NCBI GenBank assembly: GCA_965221125.1
Contig: CBDCRW010000006.1
Coordinates: forward strand, 576,001-640,000
Direction of reading: 5' to 3'
DNA: 64,000 nucleotides
Origin: Alphaproteobacteria bacterium
GTDB taxonomy: Bacteria > Pseudomonadota > Alphaproteobacteria > UBA828
The position numbers were made by a program, and so were the translations under genes. The notes beneath the pieces are model-generated. The model was not told the origin of the DNA, made no database searches, and was given only the letters and a program-made list of their open reading frames with translations. Below, piece by piece: positions 9,431 to 18,606 of the stretch. How positions within the stretch are numbered: position 1 is the stretch's first letter; the number at the start of each line of letters is the position of its first letter.

Positions 9431-9629
9431 GGCGAACCCGATCCCAGTCCAGCACCCGATCGCTCGGATCGCGGAGGCGTTCCACGGCGACCGAGAGGTC
9501 GTCGAAATCCTCCAGGTAGCGTTCGACGGCCTGTCGAATGACCTCGGCCCGGCTGCGCCGGAGCTTGGCGGCCGCCTCGTCCAGGGCTTCGACGAGTCCG
9601 TCCGGCAGGCGTGCTGTGACTTGACTCAT
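9408..9629 (-). CDS. Ribbon-helix-helix (CopG-like) antitoxin
   Basis: MSQVTARLPDGLVEALDEAA..LRRSRAEVIRQAVERYLED with an acidic C-terminus. Lies directly upstream of the toxin. Confidence 0.88.
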   Translation of the reverse strand: MSQVTARLPDGLVEALDEAAAKLRRSRAEVIRQAVERYLEDFDDLSVAVERLRDPSDRVLDWDRVRHALRDTD

Positions 9630-9647
9630 GCTCCACTCCGATGTCTT

Positions 9648-9683
9648 TTGACTTAGAATAATGTCAAATGATGTCATACTCAA
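9648..9683 (-). promoter_or_regulatory. Sigma70-type promoter and palindromic operator of the toxin-antitoxin operon
   Basis: Minus strand reads TTGAGT-17nt-TATTCT. Inverted repeat TTGAC-N10-GTCAA (9648-9667) straddles the -10, and TGACAT occurs twice. Confidence 0.7.
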
Positions 9684-9853
9684 ACGCCGCCGGCGCAGGT
9701 GCGGTTCGCCGTTCCGATGCGGCATCGCCGGAATGCGTGGGTGCGCCCGGATGCCAAAGTCGCGTTCCACGCCCAAGCCCGAACGCCTTGTCTTGGGCCG
9801 GCAATGCTGTACCGTTCGGCCGCCCCCTGTGACGATGCCGGGACAGTCCGGTC

Positions 9854-11317
9854 ATGGCCAGCCCGTCCGCCCTCGCCGCCTCCATCGAAGCGCTCGGCCT
9901 GAGCCGGGTCGCCTGTATCGGCGACCTGATGCTCGACCGCTTCGTCTACGGGCGGGTCGAGCGCACCTCGCCTGAGGCGCCGGTGCCGATCCTGCGCACC
10001 GATCGCGACGACCACATGCTGGGCGGCGCCGGCAACGTGGTGCGCAATCTCGTCTCGCTCGGTGCGCAGGCGACGCTGCTCTCGGTGATTGGCGACGACG
10101 AGGTGGGGCGCCGGCTCACCGGCATGGTCGGACGCGAGGAGCGGGTGGAGCCGCACCTGCTGGTCGAGCGGGGCCGGCCTTCCACAGAGAAGACCCGCTT
10201 CGTCGCCGGCGGCCAGCAGCTCCTGCGCACGGATTCGGAGACGACCGAGGCGATCTCGCAGCGCTCCGCCGAGAGCCTGCTCGGTCTTGCCCGGGATGCC
10301 TTCGCCGCCTGCGACGTGGTCGTGCTCTCCGATTACGCCAAGGGCGTGCTCACTCCCGACCTGGTGCGGCAGTTGATCGAGGCGGCCCGGAGCGCCGGCC
10401 GGCCGGTGGTGGTCGATCCCAAGGGCCGCGACTTCGGCCGCTACGCTGGCGCCACGGTGCTGACGCCCAACCGCGCCGAGCTCGGGCTCGCTGCGGGGGA
10501 GAGCGTGACGACCGAGGAGGCCGTCGTCGCCGCCTGCCGCAGCCTCATCGCCCGCCACCGCCTCGGCGCGATCCTGGTCACGCGCAGCCGCGACGGGATG
10601 ACGATCGTCTCGGCCGACGGCCGCGTTGCCCATCTCGCAGCGGAGGCGCGAGAGGTGTTCGACGTCTCCGGCGCCGGCGACACGGTGGTGGCGACCCTTG
10701 CCGCAGCGCTCGGCCAGGGCGCGGACCTCATCGCCGCCGCCCAGCTCGCGAACGCGGCCGCCGGCGTCGCGGTCGGCAAGGCAGGCACGGCGGCGGTGCA
10801 TGCCGCGGACCTGCTCCGCGCGGTGCGGGCGGGCGACCTCTCGGCCTCGGAAGCCAAGATCATGCCGCTCGGTGCGGCGCTGGAAGCGGCCGCCGGATGG
10901 CGCGCACGGGGGCAGCGCATCGGCTTCACCAACGGTTGCTTCGACCTGCTTCATCCGGGCCACATCTCGCTGCTGCGCCAGGCGCGCGAGGCGACGGACC
11001 GGCTCGTCGTCGGCCTCAACAGCGATGCCTCGGTGCGCGGGCTCAAGGGCGAGGGGCGCCCGGTGCAGGGCGAGGCGGCGCGGGCGCAGGTGCTCGCCTC
11101 GCTGGAGACGGTCGATCTGGTCGTCATCTTCGCCGAGGACACGCCGGTGCGCCTGATCGAGGCGCTGCGCCCCGATTGCCTGGTCAAGGGCTCCGACTAC
11201 ACCATCGACGAGGTGGTGGGCGCGGACATCGTGAAGGGCTACGGCGGCACCGTGCTGATCGCCGAGAACGAGCCCGGCTACAGCACGACGGGCACCATCA
11301 GGCGCCTGCGGGGGTGA
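9854..11317 (+). CDS. hldE: Bifunctional heptose-7-phosphate kinase / heptose-1-phosphate adenylyltransferase
   Basis: [30 protein letters not shown], then [13 protein letters not shown] and VGLNSDASV. Confidence 0.96.
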   Translation: MASPSALAASIEALGLSRVACIGDLMLDRFVYGRVERTSPEAPVPILRTDRDDHMLGGAGNVVRNLVSLGAQATLLSVIGDDEVGRRLTGMVGREERVEPHLLVERGRPSTEKTRFVAGGQQLLRTDSETTEAISQRSAESLLGLARDAFAACDVVVLSDYAKGVLTPDLVRQLIEAARSAGRPVVVDPKGRDFGRYAGATVLTPNRAELGLAAGESVTTEEAVVAACRSLIARHRLGAILVTRSRDGMTIVSADGRVAHLAAEAREVFDVSGAGDTVVATLAAALGQGADLIAAAQLANAAAGVAVGKAGTAAVHAADLLRAVRAGDLSASEAKIMPLGAALEAAAGWRARGQRIGFTNGCFDLLHPGHISLLRQAREATDRLVVGLNSDASVRGLKGEGRPVQGEAARAQVLASLETVDLVVIFAEDTPVRLIEALRPDCLVKGSDYTIDEVVGADIVKGYGGTVLIAENEPGYSTTGTIRRLRG

Positions 11318-11335
11318 ACGGCTCCGACGTGGCGG

Positions 11336-13630
11336 TCAGACGCTGTCGGCGGGCTGAACGAAGCGGTCGATGATCTTCTTGGTGCCGGCCTTCTCGAAGG
11401 CGATCTCGAGCTTGTCGCCGTCGACCGAGCGAATGCGCCCGTAGCCGAACTTCTGGTGGAAGACGCGCTCGCCGGGCGCGTATCCGCCGGACGGCGCTTT
11501 GCCGGCGGCAGGCATGGGCGTCGCGTCGATGACTGGCGGCGTGCGCCGGCTGCGGTATGGCGCGTGCTCGGACATGAGGCGCCGCGCGGAGGCGGCCCCG
11601 CCGTGGCCCCGGTAGAGCCCGCCCGGCGCGGGCTGCATGGCGGTCTCTTCGGCGAGCGTCACGTGATCCTGCGCCAATTCTGCGACGAAGCGCGACGGGA
11701 TCGCGCTCACCCACTGGCCGTGCCGGTGCCGGTTGGCTGCGAAGAGGACGTGCGCGCGGCGCCGCGCGCGGGTGAGCCCGACGTAAGCCAGGCGGCGCTC
11801 CTCCTCCAGGCCGGCGGCGCCGGATTCGTCGAGCGCGAGCTGGTGCGGGAACAGCCCTTCCTCCCACCCCGGCAGGAACACGGTGTCGAACTCCAGGCCC
11901 TTGGCGCCGTGGAGCGTCATGATGTTGACCATCTCTTCCGCGCCGTCGCCTTCACGATCCATGACCAGGCTCACGTGGTCCAGGAAGGCGGCGAGGTCCT
12001 CGAACTCGGTGAGCGCGTCGACCAGCTCCTTCAGGTTCTCGAGCCGGCCGGGTGCGGCGGGCGAGCGGTCCTTTTGCCACATCTCGGTGTAGCCGGACTC
12101 GTCGAGCATCCTGCCCACGATGTCGGCGTGGGGCGTCCCGGAGAGGGCGGCGCGCCAGCCACGGAACTGCCCGACCAGCCGGCTGAGTGCGGTACGGGCC
12201 TGCGGCCTCAACTCGTCGGTCTCGATCAGCCGCTCCGCCGCGCGGCAGAGGGAGATGCCGTCAGCGCGCGCGAGCTGGTGCACGGGGCGCAGCGAGGCCT
12301 CTCCCAGGCTGCGCTTCGGCAGGTTCACGATGCGCTCGAAGGCGAGGTCGTCGTCCGGGCGCACCATGACGCGGATGTAGGCCACGGCGTCCCGGATCTC
12401 CTGGCGCTCGTAGAAGCGCAGGCCGCCGATCACGCGGTAGGGCAGGCCGATGGCGAGGAAGCGTTCCTCGAACGCGCGGGTCTGGAAGCCGGCGCGGACG
12501 AGAATGGCGATGCGGTTGAGGCTCTCGCCGTCGCGCTGCAGCGCCTCGATGGTATCGCCCACGCTGCGGGCTTCCTCGTCGCCGTCCCAGCTCTCGTTGA
12601 TACGGACCTTCTCGCCGTCCTCACCCTCGGTCCAGAGCGTCTTGCCGAGGCGGCCGGCATTGTGGGCGATCAGGCCCGAGGCGGCGGCGAGGATGTGCCC
12701 GGTGGAGCGGTAGTTGCGCTCCAGCCTGATCACCTGCGCGCCGGGGAAATCCTGCTCGAAGCGAAGGATGTTGCCGACCTCCGCGCCCCGCCAGCCGTAG
12801 ATCGACTGATCGTCGTCGCCGACGCAGCAGATACTGTGATGGGTCTGCGCCAGCAGCCTGAGCCAGAGGTACTGGGCGACGTTGGTGTCCTGATACTCGT
12901 CCACCAGCAGGTAGCGGAAGCGCTGCTGGTAGTCGGCGAGCACGTCGCCATGCCTGGTGAAGAGGGTCAGGTTGTGCAGCAGGAGGTCGCCGAAATCGGC
13001 GGCGTTCACGGTGCGCAGCCGCTCCTGATAGGCCGCGTAGAGGGTGGGCGCGCGCCCGTTGGCGTAGTCGGCGCCGTCCGCGCCCGCCACCCTGTCGACG
13101 GTGAGCCCCCGGTCCTTCCAGCGCTGGATGATGACCGAGAGGGTGCGCGCCGGCCAGCGCTTCTCGTCGATGTCGGCCGCCTGGATGATCTGCTTCAGAA
13201 GGCGGACCTGGTCGTCGGTGTCGAGGATGGTGAAGTCCGGTTTCAGCCCGGCGAGCTCGGCGTGGCGGCGCAGGATGCGCGCCGCGATGGCGTGGAAGGT
13301 GCCGAGCCAGAGGCCGGCGGCGGAGCGGCCGATCAGGCGCTCCACGCGGCCGATCATTTCGCGCGCGGCCTTGTTGGTGAAGGTGACGGCGAGCACCTGG
13401 CCGGGGCGGGCGCGGCCGGTGGCGAGAATGTGGGCAAGCCGCGTGGTGAGCACGCGTGTCTTGCCGGTGCCGGCGCCGGCCAGCACGAGCAGGGGGCCGT
13501 CGAGCGCTTCCGCCGCCTGGCGCTGCTCCGGGTTCAGGCCGTCGAGATAGGCCGACGGGGGCATCGGCACCGGCGGGCGGGCATCGGGCCCGGCGGTCGG
13601 GCCGGGCGCGGGATCGAAAAGCTCGTTCAT
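11336..13630 (-). CDS. uvrD: ATP-dependent DNA helicase UvrD/PcrA
   Basis: LAGAGTGKT, VTFTNKAA, VDEYQDTN, VGDDDQSIYGWRGA, NYRST, TLHGAKGLEF, EEERRLAYVGLTRA, and a C-terminal tudor-like domain. Confidence 0.96.
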   Translation of the reverse strand: MNELFDPAPGPTAGPDARPPVPMPPSAYLDGLNPEQRQAAEALDGPLLVLAGAGTGKTRVLTTRLAHILATGRARPGQVLAVTFTNKAAREMIGRVERLIGRSAAGLWLGTFHAIAARILRRHAELAGLKPDFTILDTDDQVRLLKQIIQAADIDEKRWPARTLSVIIQRWKDRGLTVDRVAGADGADYANGRAPTLYAAYQERLRTVNAADFGDLLLHNLTLFTRHGDVLADYQQRFRYLLVDEYQDTNVAQYLWLRLLAQTHHSICCVGDDDQSIYGWRGAEVGNILRFEQDFPGAQVIRLERNYRSTGHILAAASGLIAHNAGRLGKTLWTEGEDGEKVRINESWDGDEEARSVGDTIEALQRDGESLNRIAILVRAGFQTRAFEERFLAIGLPYRVIGGLRFYERQEIRDAVAYIRVMVRPDDDLAFERIVNLPKRSLGEASLRPVHQLARADGISLCRAAERLIETDELRPQARTALSRLVGQFRGWRAALSGTPHADIVGRMLDESGYTEMWQKDRSPAAPGRLENLKELVDALTEFEDLAAFLDHVSLVMDREGDGAEEMVNIMTLHGAKGLEFDTVFLPGWEEGLFPHQLALDESGAAGLEEERRLAYVGLTRARRRAHVLFAANRHRHGQWVSAIPSRFVAELAQDHVTLAEETAMQPAPGGLYRGHGGAASARRLMSEHAPYRSRRTPPVIDATPMPAAGKAPSGGYAPGERVFHQKFGYGRIRSVDGDKLEIAFEKAGTKKIIDRFVQPADSV

Positions 13631-13697
13631 GGGCCACGGTGCGGGAGGATTCGCCCACTATAGCACGGGCGCGGCACGTCTTGCCCGGCCGGGACCC

Positions 13698-14348
13698 TCA
13701 GGCGTCGGCGTCCTTCGTGCGATCGCAGCGCATGCCGAGGCTGTAGCGCTCCACCGTGATGCCGTCGAGGAAGTGGAAGGGCCGGTGCCTGGCCCCGCCG
13801 AAGCCCGGCGCCCGCATCAGGATGCCGTCGCCGGGCCCGGCTTCGAGCACGCGCTTATCCGCGCCGCCGCGGTCGGCGCAGAGACCGAAGCGGCCATCGC
13901 CGCTCAGCTGGACGATCACCACCAGACCGACGTAGCGCACGTGGTCGCGGTGCGGCGTGATGCCGCGCGCGCCGGGCGGGTAGCGCTGCAGGACCAGGTC
14001 GTTGAGGGGCAGCGTCTCCAGTGGCGGCGCGTCCATCGCGGTGAGCGCGTCCGCGACCAGCCGTTCGACGGCTTGCGTGAGCCGCCAGAGCGGGTGCGGC
14101 TCCGGGATCGAGAGGCAGATATCGAAATCCTGGTAGACGGCACGCTCTCCCTCCCCGATGACGGGCTTCGCGCTGCGGAAGGAGAGATCGCCGCCGGATT
14201 CGATGAAGGGCCGGCAGTCCGCACGCGCCAGCAGGGGCAGGACCGCAGCGTCCTCGCGCGCCACGCGATCAAGGGCGGCAGCCATCGCGCCGGGGCCCGC
14301 GCGAAGCGCCGGCAGCGCGGCACGATCGCTGCTCACCACAGCCTCCAC
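13698..14348 (-). CDS. 2OG-Fe(II) oxygenase, AlkB-like superfamily
   Basis: QRYPPG..GITPHRDH (HxD), a distal His (PFHFL) and RYSLGMR. Start uncertain by a few codons. Confidence 0.7.
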   Translation of the reverse strand: MEAVVSSDRAALPALRAGPGAMAAALDRVAREDAAVLPLLARADCRPFIESGGDLSFRSAKPVIGEGERAVYQDFDICLSIPEPHPLWRLTQAVERLVADALTAMDAPPLETLPLNDLVLQRYPPGARGITPHRDHVRYVGLVVIVQLSGDGRFGLCADRGGADKRVLEAGPGDGILMRAPGFGGARHRPFHFLDGITVERYSLGMRCDRTKDADA

Positions 14349-14364
14349 CTCGTCAGCGGACCGG

Positions 14365-14691
14365 TCAGTCGCCGATGGGCGGCGAGCATGGCGCGGGGTT
14401 CATCACCATCACGTCTTGCTCCTGGATCGCGTCCAGCGCCCAGACCGACTGGATGAAGGCCTGCCAGTCAGGATCCGCCGTCATCGCCGCCCGGCGCGTC
14501 TCGCGATCCGCCAGGCTCTCGTAGGCCCAGATCAGGACGATCCGGTTCAGCCGGCCGATCTCCGAGACATAGAGGCCGACGAAGCGGCCGAGATGGCGCT
14601 TCTGAATGGGGAGGCCTTCCGTCTGGTACTTCTTCAGCCAGCCGTCCACCGTGCCGGGGCGGAATGTGTAGGTCCGGTGCTCGACGATCAT
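14365..14691 (-). CDS. NIPSNAP family protein
   Basis: MIVEHRTYTFRPG..SEIGRLNRIVLIWAYESLADRETRRAAM.ADPDW. ATG overlaps the GMC stop. Confidence 0.9.
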   Translation of the reverse strand: MIVEHRTYTFRPGTVDGWLKKYQTEGLPIQKRHLGRFVGLYVSEIGRLNRIVLIWAYESLADRETRRAAMTADPDWQAFIQSVWALDAIQEQDVMVMNPAPCSPPIGD

Positions 14692-16346
14692 TGCGGGACT
14701 CCTTCCGATGGTGCGTGCGCTTCGTCGCTGCCGGCGACGAACTGGGCGGCCTTCTCGCCGATCATGATGGCCGGCGCGTTGGTGTTGCCGCTCGTGATGA
14801 CGGGCATGACGGAGGCATCGGCGACCCTGAGCCCGGCGATGCCGTGGACCGCGAGCCTCGCGTCCACCACCGCCATCGGGTCGGTGCCCATGCGGCAGGT
14901 GCCGACAGGGTGGAAGGTCGTCATCGCGTTGGCGCGGAGCCAGGCCGTGAGCTCGGCGTCGCTCTGCAGCGCATCGCCCGGCGCAAGCTCGCGCCCGCGA
15001 TAGGCGGCGAAGGCCGGCTGCGCGATCACCTCGCGCACCATGCGGATGCCGGCCACGGTCGTGCGGCAGTCGGCCTCGTCCTCCAGGTAGTTGGGCTGGA
15101 TCAGCGCCGGCGCGGCGGGATCGGCGGAGCGGAGCCCGATCCAGCCCCGGCTCTCGGGCACGATGGGGCCGACGCGCAGGGTGAAGCCGTGGGTCTCCTC
15201 CAGCGGGGTCTTCCTGAGCGGATTGGGGATGTGGAGGTTCGCCGTGCTCTCCAGCGCGGGCATGAAGTGTACCTGGATGTCCGGCGCCAGCAGGTCCGGC
15301 CGGGTCTTGAGGAAGGCCCCCGCCTCGTAGGGGAAGGTGGTGGCGATGCCGCGGCCAAACAGCAACCCAGCCGCCACCGAGCGGACCATCCTGTCGACCC
15401 GAAGCTCGCGGTAGAGGGTGATCGGCTCGGTGCAGGTGTAGGCGATGACGCAGTCCACGTGGTCCTGGAGGTTGCGGCCGACGCCGGGGAGCTCGTGGAT
15501 CACCGGGATGCCGTGCCGCTTCAGCTCGTCGCCCGGCCCGATCCCGGAGAGCATGAGGAGCTGCGGCGTGTTGACCGTGCCGCCGCAGAGGATGACCTCG
15601 CGCGCCGCATGGACGGTGCGCGCACCGGCCCCCTCTGCCACCTCGACGCCGGTCGCGCGGCCGCCCTCGACCACGACGCGGCGCACGAGGCAGCCGGTGA
15701 GGATCGTCAGGTTGCGCCGGTGCCGGACCGGGCGCAGGAAGGCGACGGACGTGGAGCAGCGCCTGCCCCGCCTGATGGTGAAGTCGTAGCGCCCGAAACC
15801 TTCCTGCTCCGCCCCGTTGAAGTCGTCGTTGACGGGCCAGCCGGCCTGGGCGCCCGCCTCGAGGAAGGTGTCGAACAGCGGATTGGTCCCGCGCGCACGA
15901 CATACCGTGAGCGCGCCGCCGGTCCCGTGATAGGCATCGTCGCGCTCGACATGCCCTTCAGAGCGACGGAAGGCCGGCAGCACGTCGTCGTAGGACCAGC
16001 CGGCAAGACCCATCTGCGCCCAGCGGTCGTAGTCGTGGCGGTTGCCACGCACATAGACCATGCCGTTGATGGTGGACGAGCCGCCGAGCACCTTGCCGCG
16101 CGGCCAGTAGAGCGAGCGGCCGCCCAGGCCCGGCACCGGCTCGGTGTGGTAGCGCCAGTTGTAGATGCCGGAGTGGAAGAGCCTGCCCATCAGCATGGGG
16201 AGCTGGAAGAGCGGATTGCGGTCCCTGCCGCCGGCCTCGATGAGGAGGACGGAACACCCGGAATCGGCGGACAGCCTGTTGGCGAGCACGCATCCCGCCG
16301 AGCCCGCGCCAACGATGACGTAATCGCAGGAGCGCGCGCGCGGCAT
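14688..16346 (-). CDS. GMC oxidoreductase (choline dehydrogenase-like)
   Basis: DYVIVGAGSAGCVLANRLS, WPRGKVLGGSSTINGM, VGRNLQDH, FHPVGTCRMG, GNTNAPAIMIGEK. Confidence 0.93.
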   Translation of the reverse strand: MPRARSCDYVIVGAGSAGCVLANRLSADSGCSVLLIEAGGRDRNPLFQLPMLMGRLFHSGIYNWRYHTEPVPGLGGRSLYWPRGKVLGGSSTINGMVYVRGNRHDYDRWAQMGLAGWSYDDVLPAFRRSEGHVERDDAYHGTGGALTVCRARGTNPLFDTFLEAGAQAGWPVNDDFNGAEQEGFGRYDFTIRRGRRCSTSVAFLRPVRHRRNLTILTGCLVRRVVVEGGRATGVEVAEGAGARTVHAAREVILCGGTVNTPQLLMLSGIGPGDELKRHGIPVIHELPGVGRNLQDHVDCVIAYTCTEPITLYRELRVDRMVRSVAAGLLFGRGIATTFPYEAGAFLKTRPDLLAPDIQVHFMPALESTANLHIPNPLRKTPLEETHGFTLRVGPIVPESRGWIGLRSADPAAPALIQPNYLEDEADCRTTVAGIRMVREVIAQPAFAAYRGRELAPGDALQSDAELTAWLRANAMTTFHPVGTCRMGTDPMAVVDARLAVHGIAGLRVADASVMPVITSGNTNAPAIMIGEKAAQFVAGSDEAHAPSEGVPQ

Positions 16347-16349
16347 CGC

Positions 16350-17204
16350 CTACCAGTCCACCGCCACCGCGCCCATCGCCCCGAGTCGCCGGTTGCAGAG
16401 CATGAACGGATTCTCCAATGCGAGGAACGCGTCGGCCTCGGCCGGGTGCGGACGCAGGATGACGCGCTCTGCGGTGGCCGCATCCGATGCGCCCAGGCCT
16501 GCCACGGCCAGGGTCTCCGCCGCCGCATCGCCGAAGCCCATGAGGACGACCGGCGTTCCCCGCCCGGCCAGATGCTCGATCACCCGGATCATCAGGGGGC
16601 GCCAGAGCGGCAGGTGGCCCCTCCGCTGGTGGGTATCGACCGCGCGCTGGAAGCGCGAGAGCGAGAGCGACGAATTGAGCAGCAGCACGCCGGACGCGAC
16701 CCAGCGGTCGGCCAGCGCTTCGGGTGCCTCCAGGTCGACCGCGCCGGCTTCGATGGCGGCGAGCGTCGCCGGCCAGTCGGCGAAGCGCCGGGCATACCGG
16801 GCTTCGCCGGTGCGCGCGGCGATGATCGCCTGGATGAAGGCGCGGACGCTGGGCGAGAACATCTTGTCGAGCTCCCGCCACTGCGCGACGTTGCCGGCCT
16901 CGAAGGCCCGGCCGGTGGCGAAGGCTGGGCAGGGATAGGGGTCCTGGCCCAGGATCACGCAGCGCACGTCCTCCGGCGCGATTCCGTCGAAGGCGCGGAG
17001 CATGTGGGTGCCCGCCGGCGCGCCGGGAAAGACGGCGCCGCGCCGGGCTGGGAAGATCGGCTCCCAGGGCTCGATCTCGAGCGTGGGGTCCACGTCCCCG
17101 TAGGCCAACGCAACGCCTCGGACGACGTCGCGCCAGGCAGGCTCGACATCCTCCTGCCAGCCTCGCAGCGTGTCCCTCAGCGCCGATCTCAATCGCTTCG
17201 CCAT
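16350..17204 (-). CDS. Atypical uracil-DNA glycosylase family-1-like protein
   Basis: VRCVILGQDPYP, ATGRAF, SPSV, WVASGVLLLNSSLS, GH..W, RPHPA, NPF..CN..L....VDW appear in UNG motif order. Confidence 0.8.
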   Translation of the reverse strand: MAKRLRSALRDTLRGWQEDVEPAWRDVVRGVALAYGDVDPTLEIEPWEPIFPARRGAVFPGAPAGTHMLRAFDGIAPEDVRCVILGQDPYPCPAFATGRAFEAGNVAQWRELDKMFSPSVRAFIQAIIAARTGEARYARRFADWPATLAAIEAGAVDLEAPEALADRWVASGVLLLNSSLSLSRFQRAVDTHQRRGHLPLWRPLMIRVIEHLAGRGTPVVLMGFGDAAAETLAVAGLGASDAATAERVILRPHPAEADAFLALENPFMLCNRRLGAMGAVAVDW

Positions 17205-17230
17205 GGCGCCAGCTTGTCCCTCGGCTCACG

Positions 17231-17298
17231 AGAAAACCAGACGTGCGCGTCACGTTTTCTTGGAGCGTAGTGCGTTTCCTCTTCACACGGAAACGCAC
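17231..17298. promoter_or_regulatory. Two inverted repeats upstream of the UNG-like operon
   Basis: AGAAAAC(17231)...GTTTTCT(17260) and perfect GTGCGTTTCC-N9-GGAAACGCAC (17270-17298). Confidence 0.5.
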
Positions 17299-17367
17299 CA
17301 GGATTTTATCGCTCACGGCAGCTGGCCGTCTTGCGATTCCGCGCGCCTGCCGGCGCGACGGGAGGGA

Positions 17368-18267
17368 TCAGGCGGCGAAGCGGACCAGCGCCTCCTGCAG
17401 GTGCTCCGCCATGGCCCGCGCAGCCAGCGTCGGCAGGCGGTCCGACGGCGCGATCAGGCTCAGCCGCAGGCGGGACAGCCGCTCGTCCGCGAGCGGCACC
17501 GCGACCAGGCGCCCGCTGGCCAGCTCCTCCGTGAATCCCATGCGCGTGTAGAACGCGACGCCCGCGCCCTGAAGCAGGAGGTGCTTCAGCGCAGCCAGCG
17601 TGTTGGAGATCACGGCCGGCTCGTGCGCGCGCTTGAAGGCGTCCATCTCGGGGCCGAAGAAGGCCTGCATCGAGCTCGAGCTGTCCTGATAGAGCAGCCG
17701 GCTCGTGCCGCAGTCATCTAGCGTCAGCGCGGATCGCGCCGCCAGCGCGTGGTCCGGGCGCATGATGGCGTGCATCGGGCAGGGAATGTCGTGTACCACC
17801 GTGATGCCGCCTTGCCGCGTCGGCGAGAAGGTGAGCCCGAGATCAGCGTTGCCCTGGCCGATGGAGTGCATGATCTCCATGGGATCGCAGGCCACGACCC
17901 GGATCTGCACCGCCGGATGGTCGGCGATGAAGCGCCCGGCCGCGTCGGGCAGAAAGTGAACGGTCAGGCTGTCCAGGGTGGCGATGGTCACGACGCCGCT
18001 GAGCACGCCGCGCAGCTGGTCGATCTCGCCCCGCAGCCGGGTGAAGTCGTGCAGCGTCGCCTGCGCGTGGCGCAGCACGAGGCGCCCGGCATCGGTGAGC
18101 CGCATGCCATCGGGTCGCCGTTCGAACAGCGGCGTGCCGAAGTAGTCCTCGATCTTAAGGATCTGCCGGTTGACGGCGGAGGGCGAAATGTGGAGGCGCT
18201 CCGACGCGCGGCGGATCGATCCGTCCTCCGCCACCGCCTCGAAGTAGCGCAGCACCGCCGCGTGCAT
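17368..18267 (-). CDS. LysR-family transcriptional regulator
   Basis: LRYFEAVAEDGSIRRASERLHISPSAVNRQILKIEDYFGTPLFER HTH; 299 aa. Confidence 0.95.
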   Translation of the reverse strand: MHAAVLRYFEAVAEDGSIRRASERLHISPSAVNRQILKIEDYFGTPLFERRPDGMRLTDAGRLVLRHAQATLHDFTRLRGEIDQLRGVLSGVVTIATLDSLTVHFLPDAAGRFIADHPAVQIRVVACDPMEIMHSIGQGNADLGLTFSPTRQGGITVVHDIPCPMHAIMRPDHALAARSALTLDDCGTSRLLYQDSSSSMQAFFGPEMDAFKRAHEPAVISNTLAALKHLLLQGAGVAFYTRMGFTEELASGRLVAVPLADERLSRLRLSLIAPSDRLPTLAARAMAEHLQEALVRFAA

Positions 18268-18273
18268 CCGCTC

Positions 18274-18606
18274 TCAGCCTCCGTCCGGCCTCCACGCCGC
18301 GACGGCGGGGTGATCCCGCTCGGTGCGGAAGGCCGGGCTCAGGCCGCCGGGCTGGCCCCAGCCGGTGACCGATGCGCCGAAGAACTCGGCGTTGATGGCG
18401 ACGAAGCCTGCGGACTTCCGGGGCAGGTCGTCTTCGTACCAGATGGCCTCGACCGGACAGACCGAGACGCAGAGCGCGCAGTTCACGCACTCGTCGGGCT
18501 GGATGTAGTACATCCGCCCGCCCTCGTAGATGCAGTCGACGGGGCAGACGTCGGTGCAGACGCCGTCCTTCACGTCGATGCAGGTCTCGGCGATGACGTA
18601 GGTCAT
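18274..18606 (-). CDS. Dicluster (7Fe-type) ferredoxin, FdxA-like
   Basis: MTYVIAETCIDVKDGVCTDVCPVDCIYEG..YIQPDECVNCALCVSVCPVEAI. Confidence 0.92.
   Translation of the reverse strand: MTYVIAETCIDVKDGVCTDVCPVDCIYEGGRMYYIQPDECVNCALCVSVCPVEAIWYEDDLPRKSAGFVAINAEFFGASVTGWGQPGGLSPAFRTERDHPAVAAWRPDGG

Noticed and set aside
11456-13663. Long antisense and alternative-frame ORFs (e.g. 735 aa opposite uvrD, 868 aa at 14664-17270, 799 aa inside gcvP, 717 aa inside rpoC)
   Set aside because: Shadow ORFs expected at about 70% GC. They are Arg/Gly/Ala/Pro-rich, carry no motifs and overlap well-supported genes.
13631-13697. LexA box upstream of uvrD
   Set aside because: No alphaproteobacterial GTTC-N7-GTTC or GAAC-N7-GAAC motif seen.
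14688-16346. Calling the GMC enzyme betA
   Set aside because: Family motifs only. There is no betB, betI or choline transporter context, so the substrate is not assignable.
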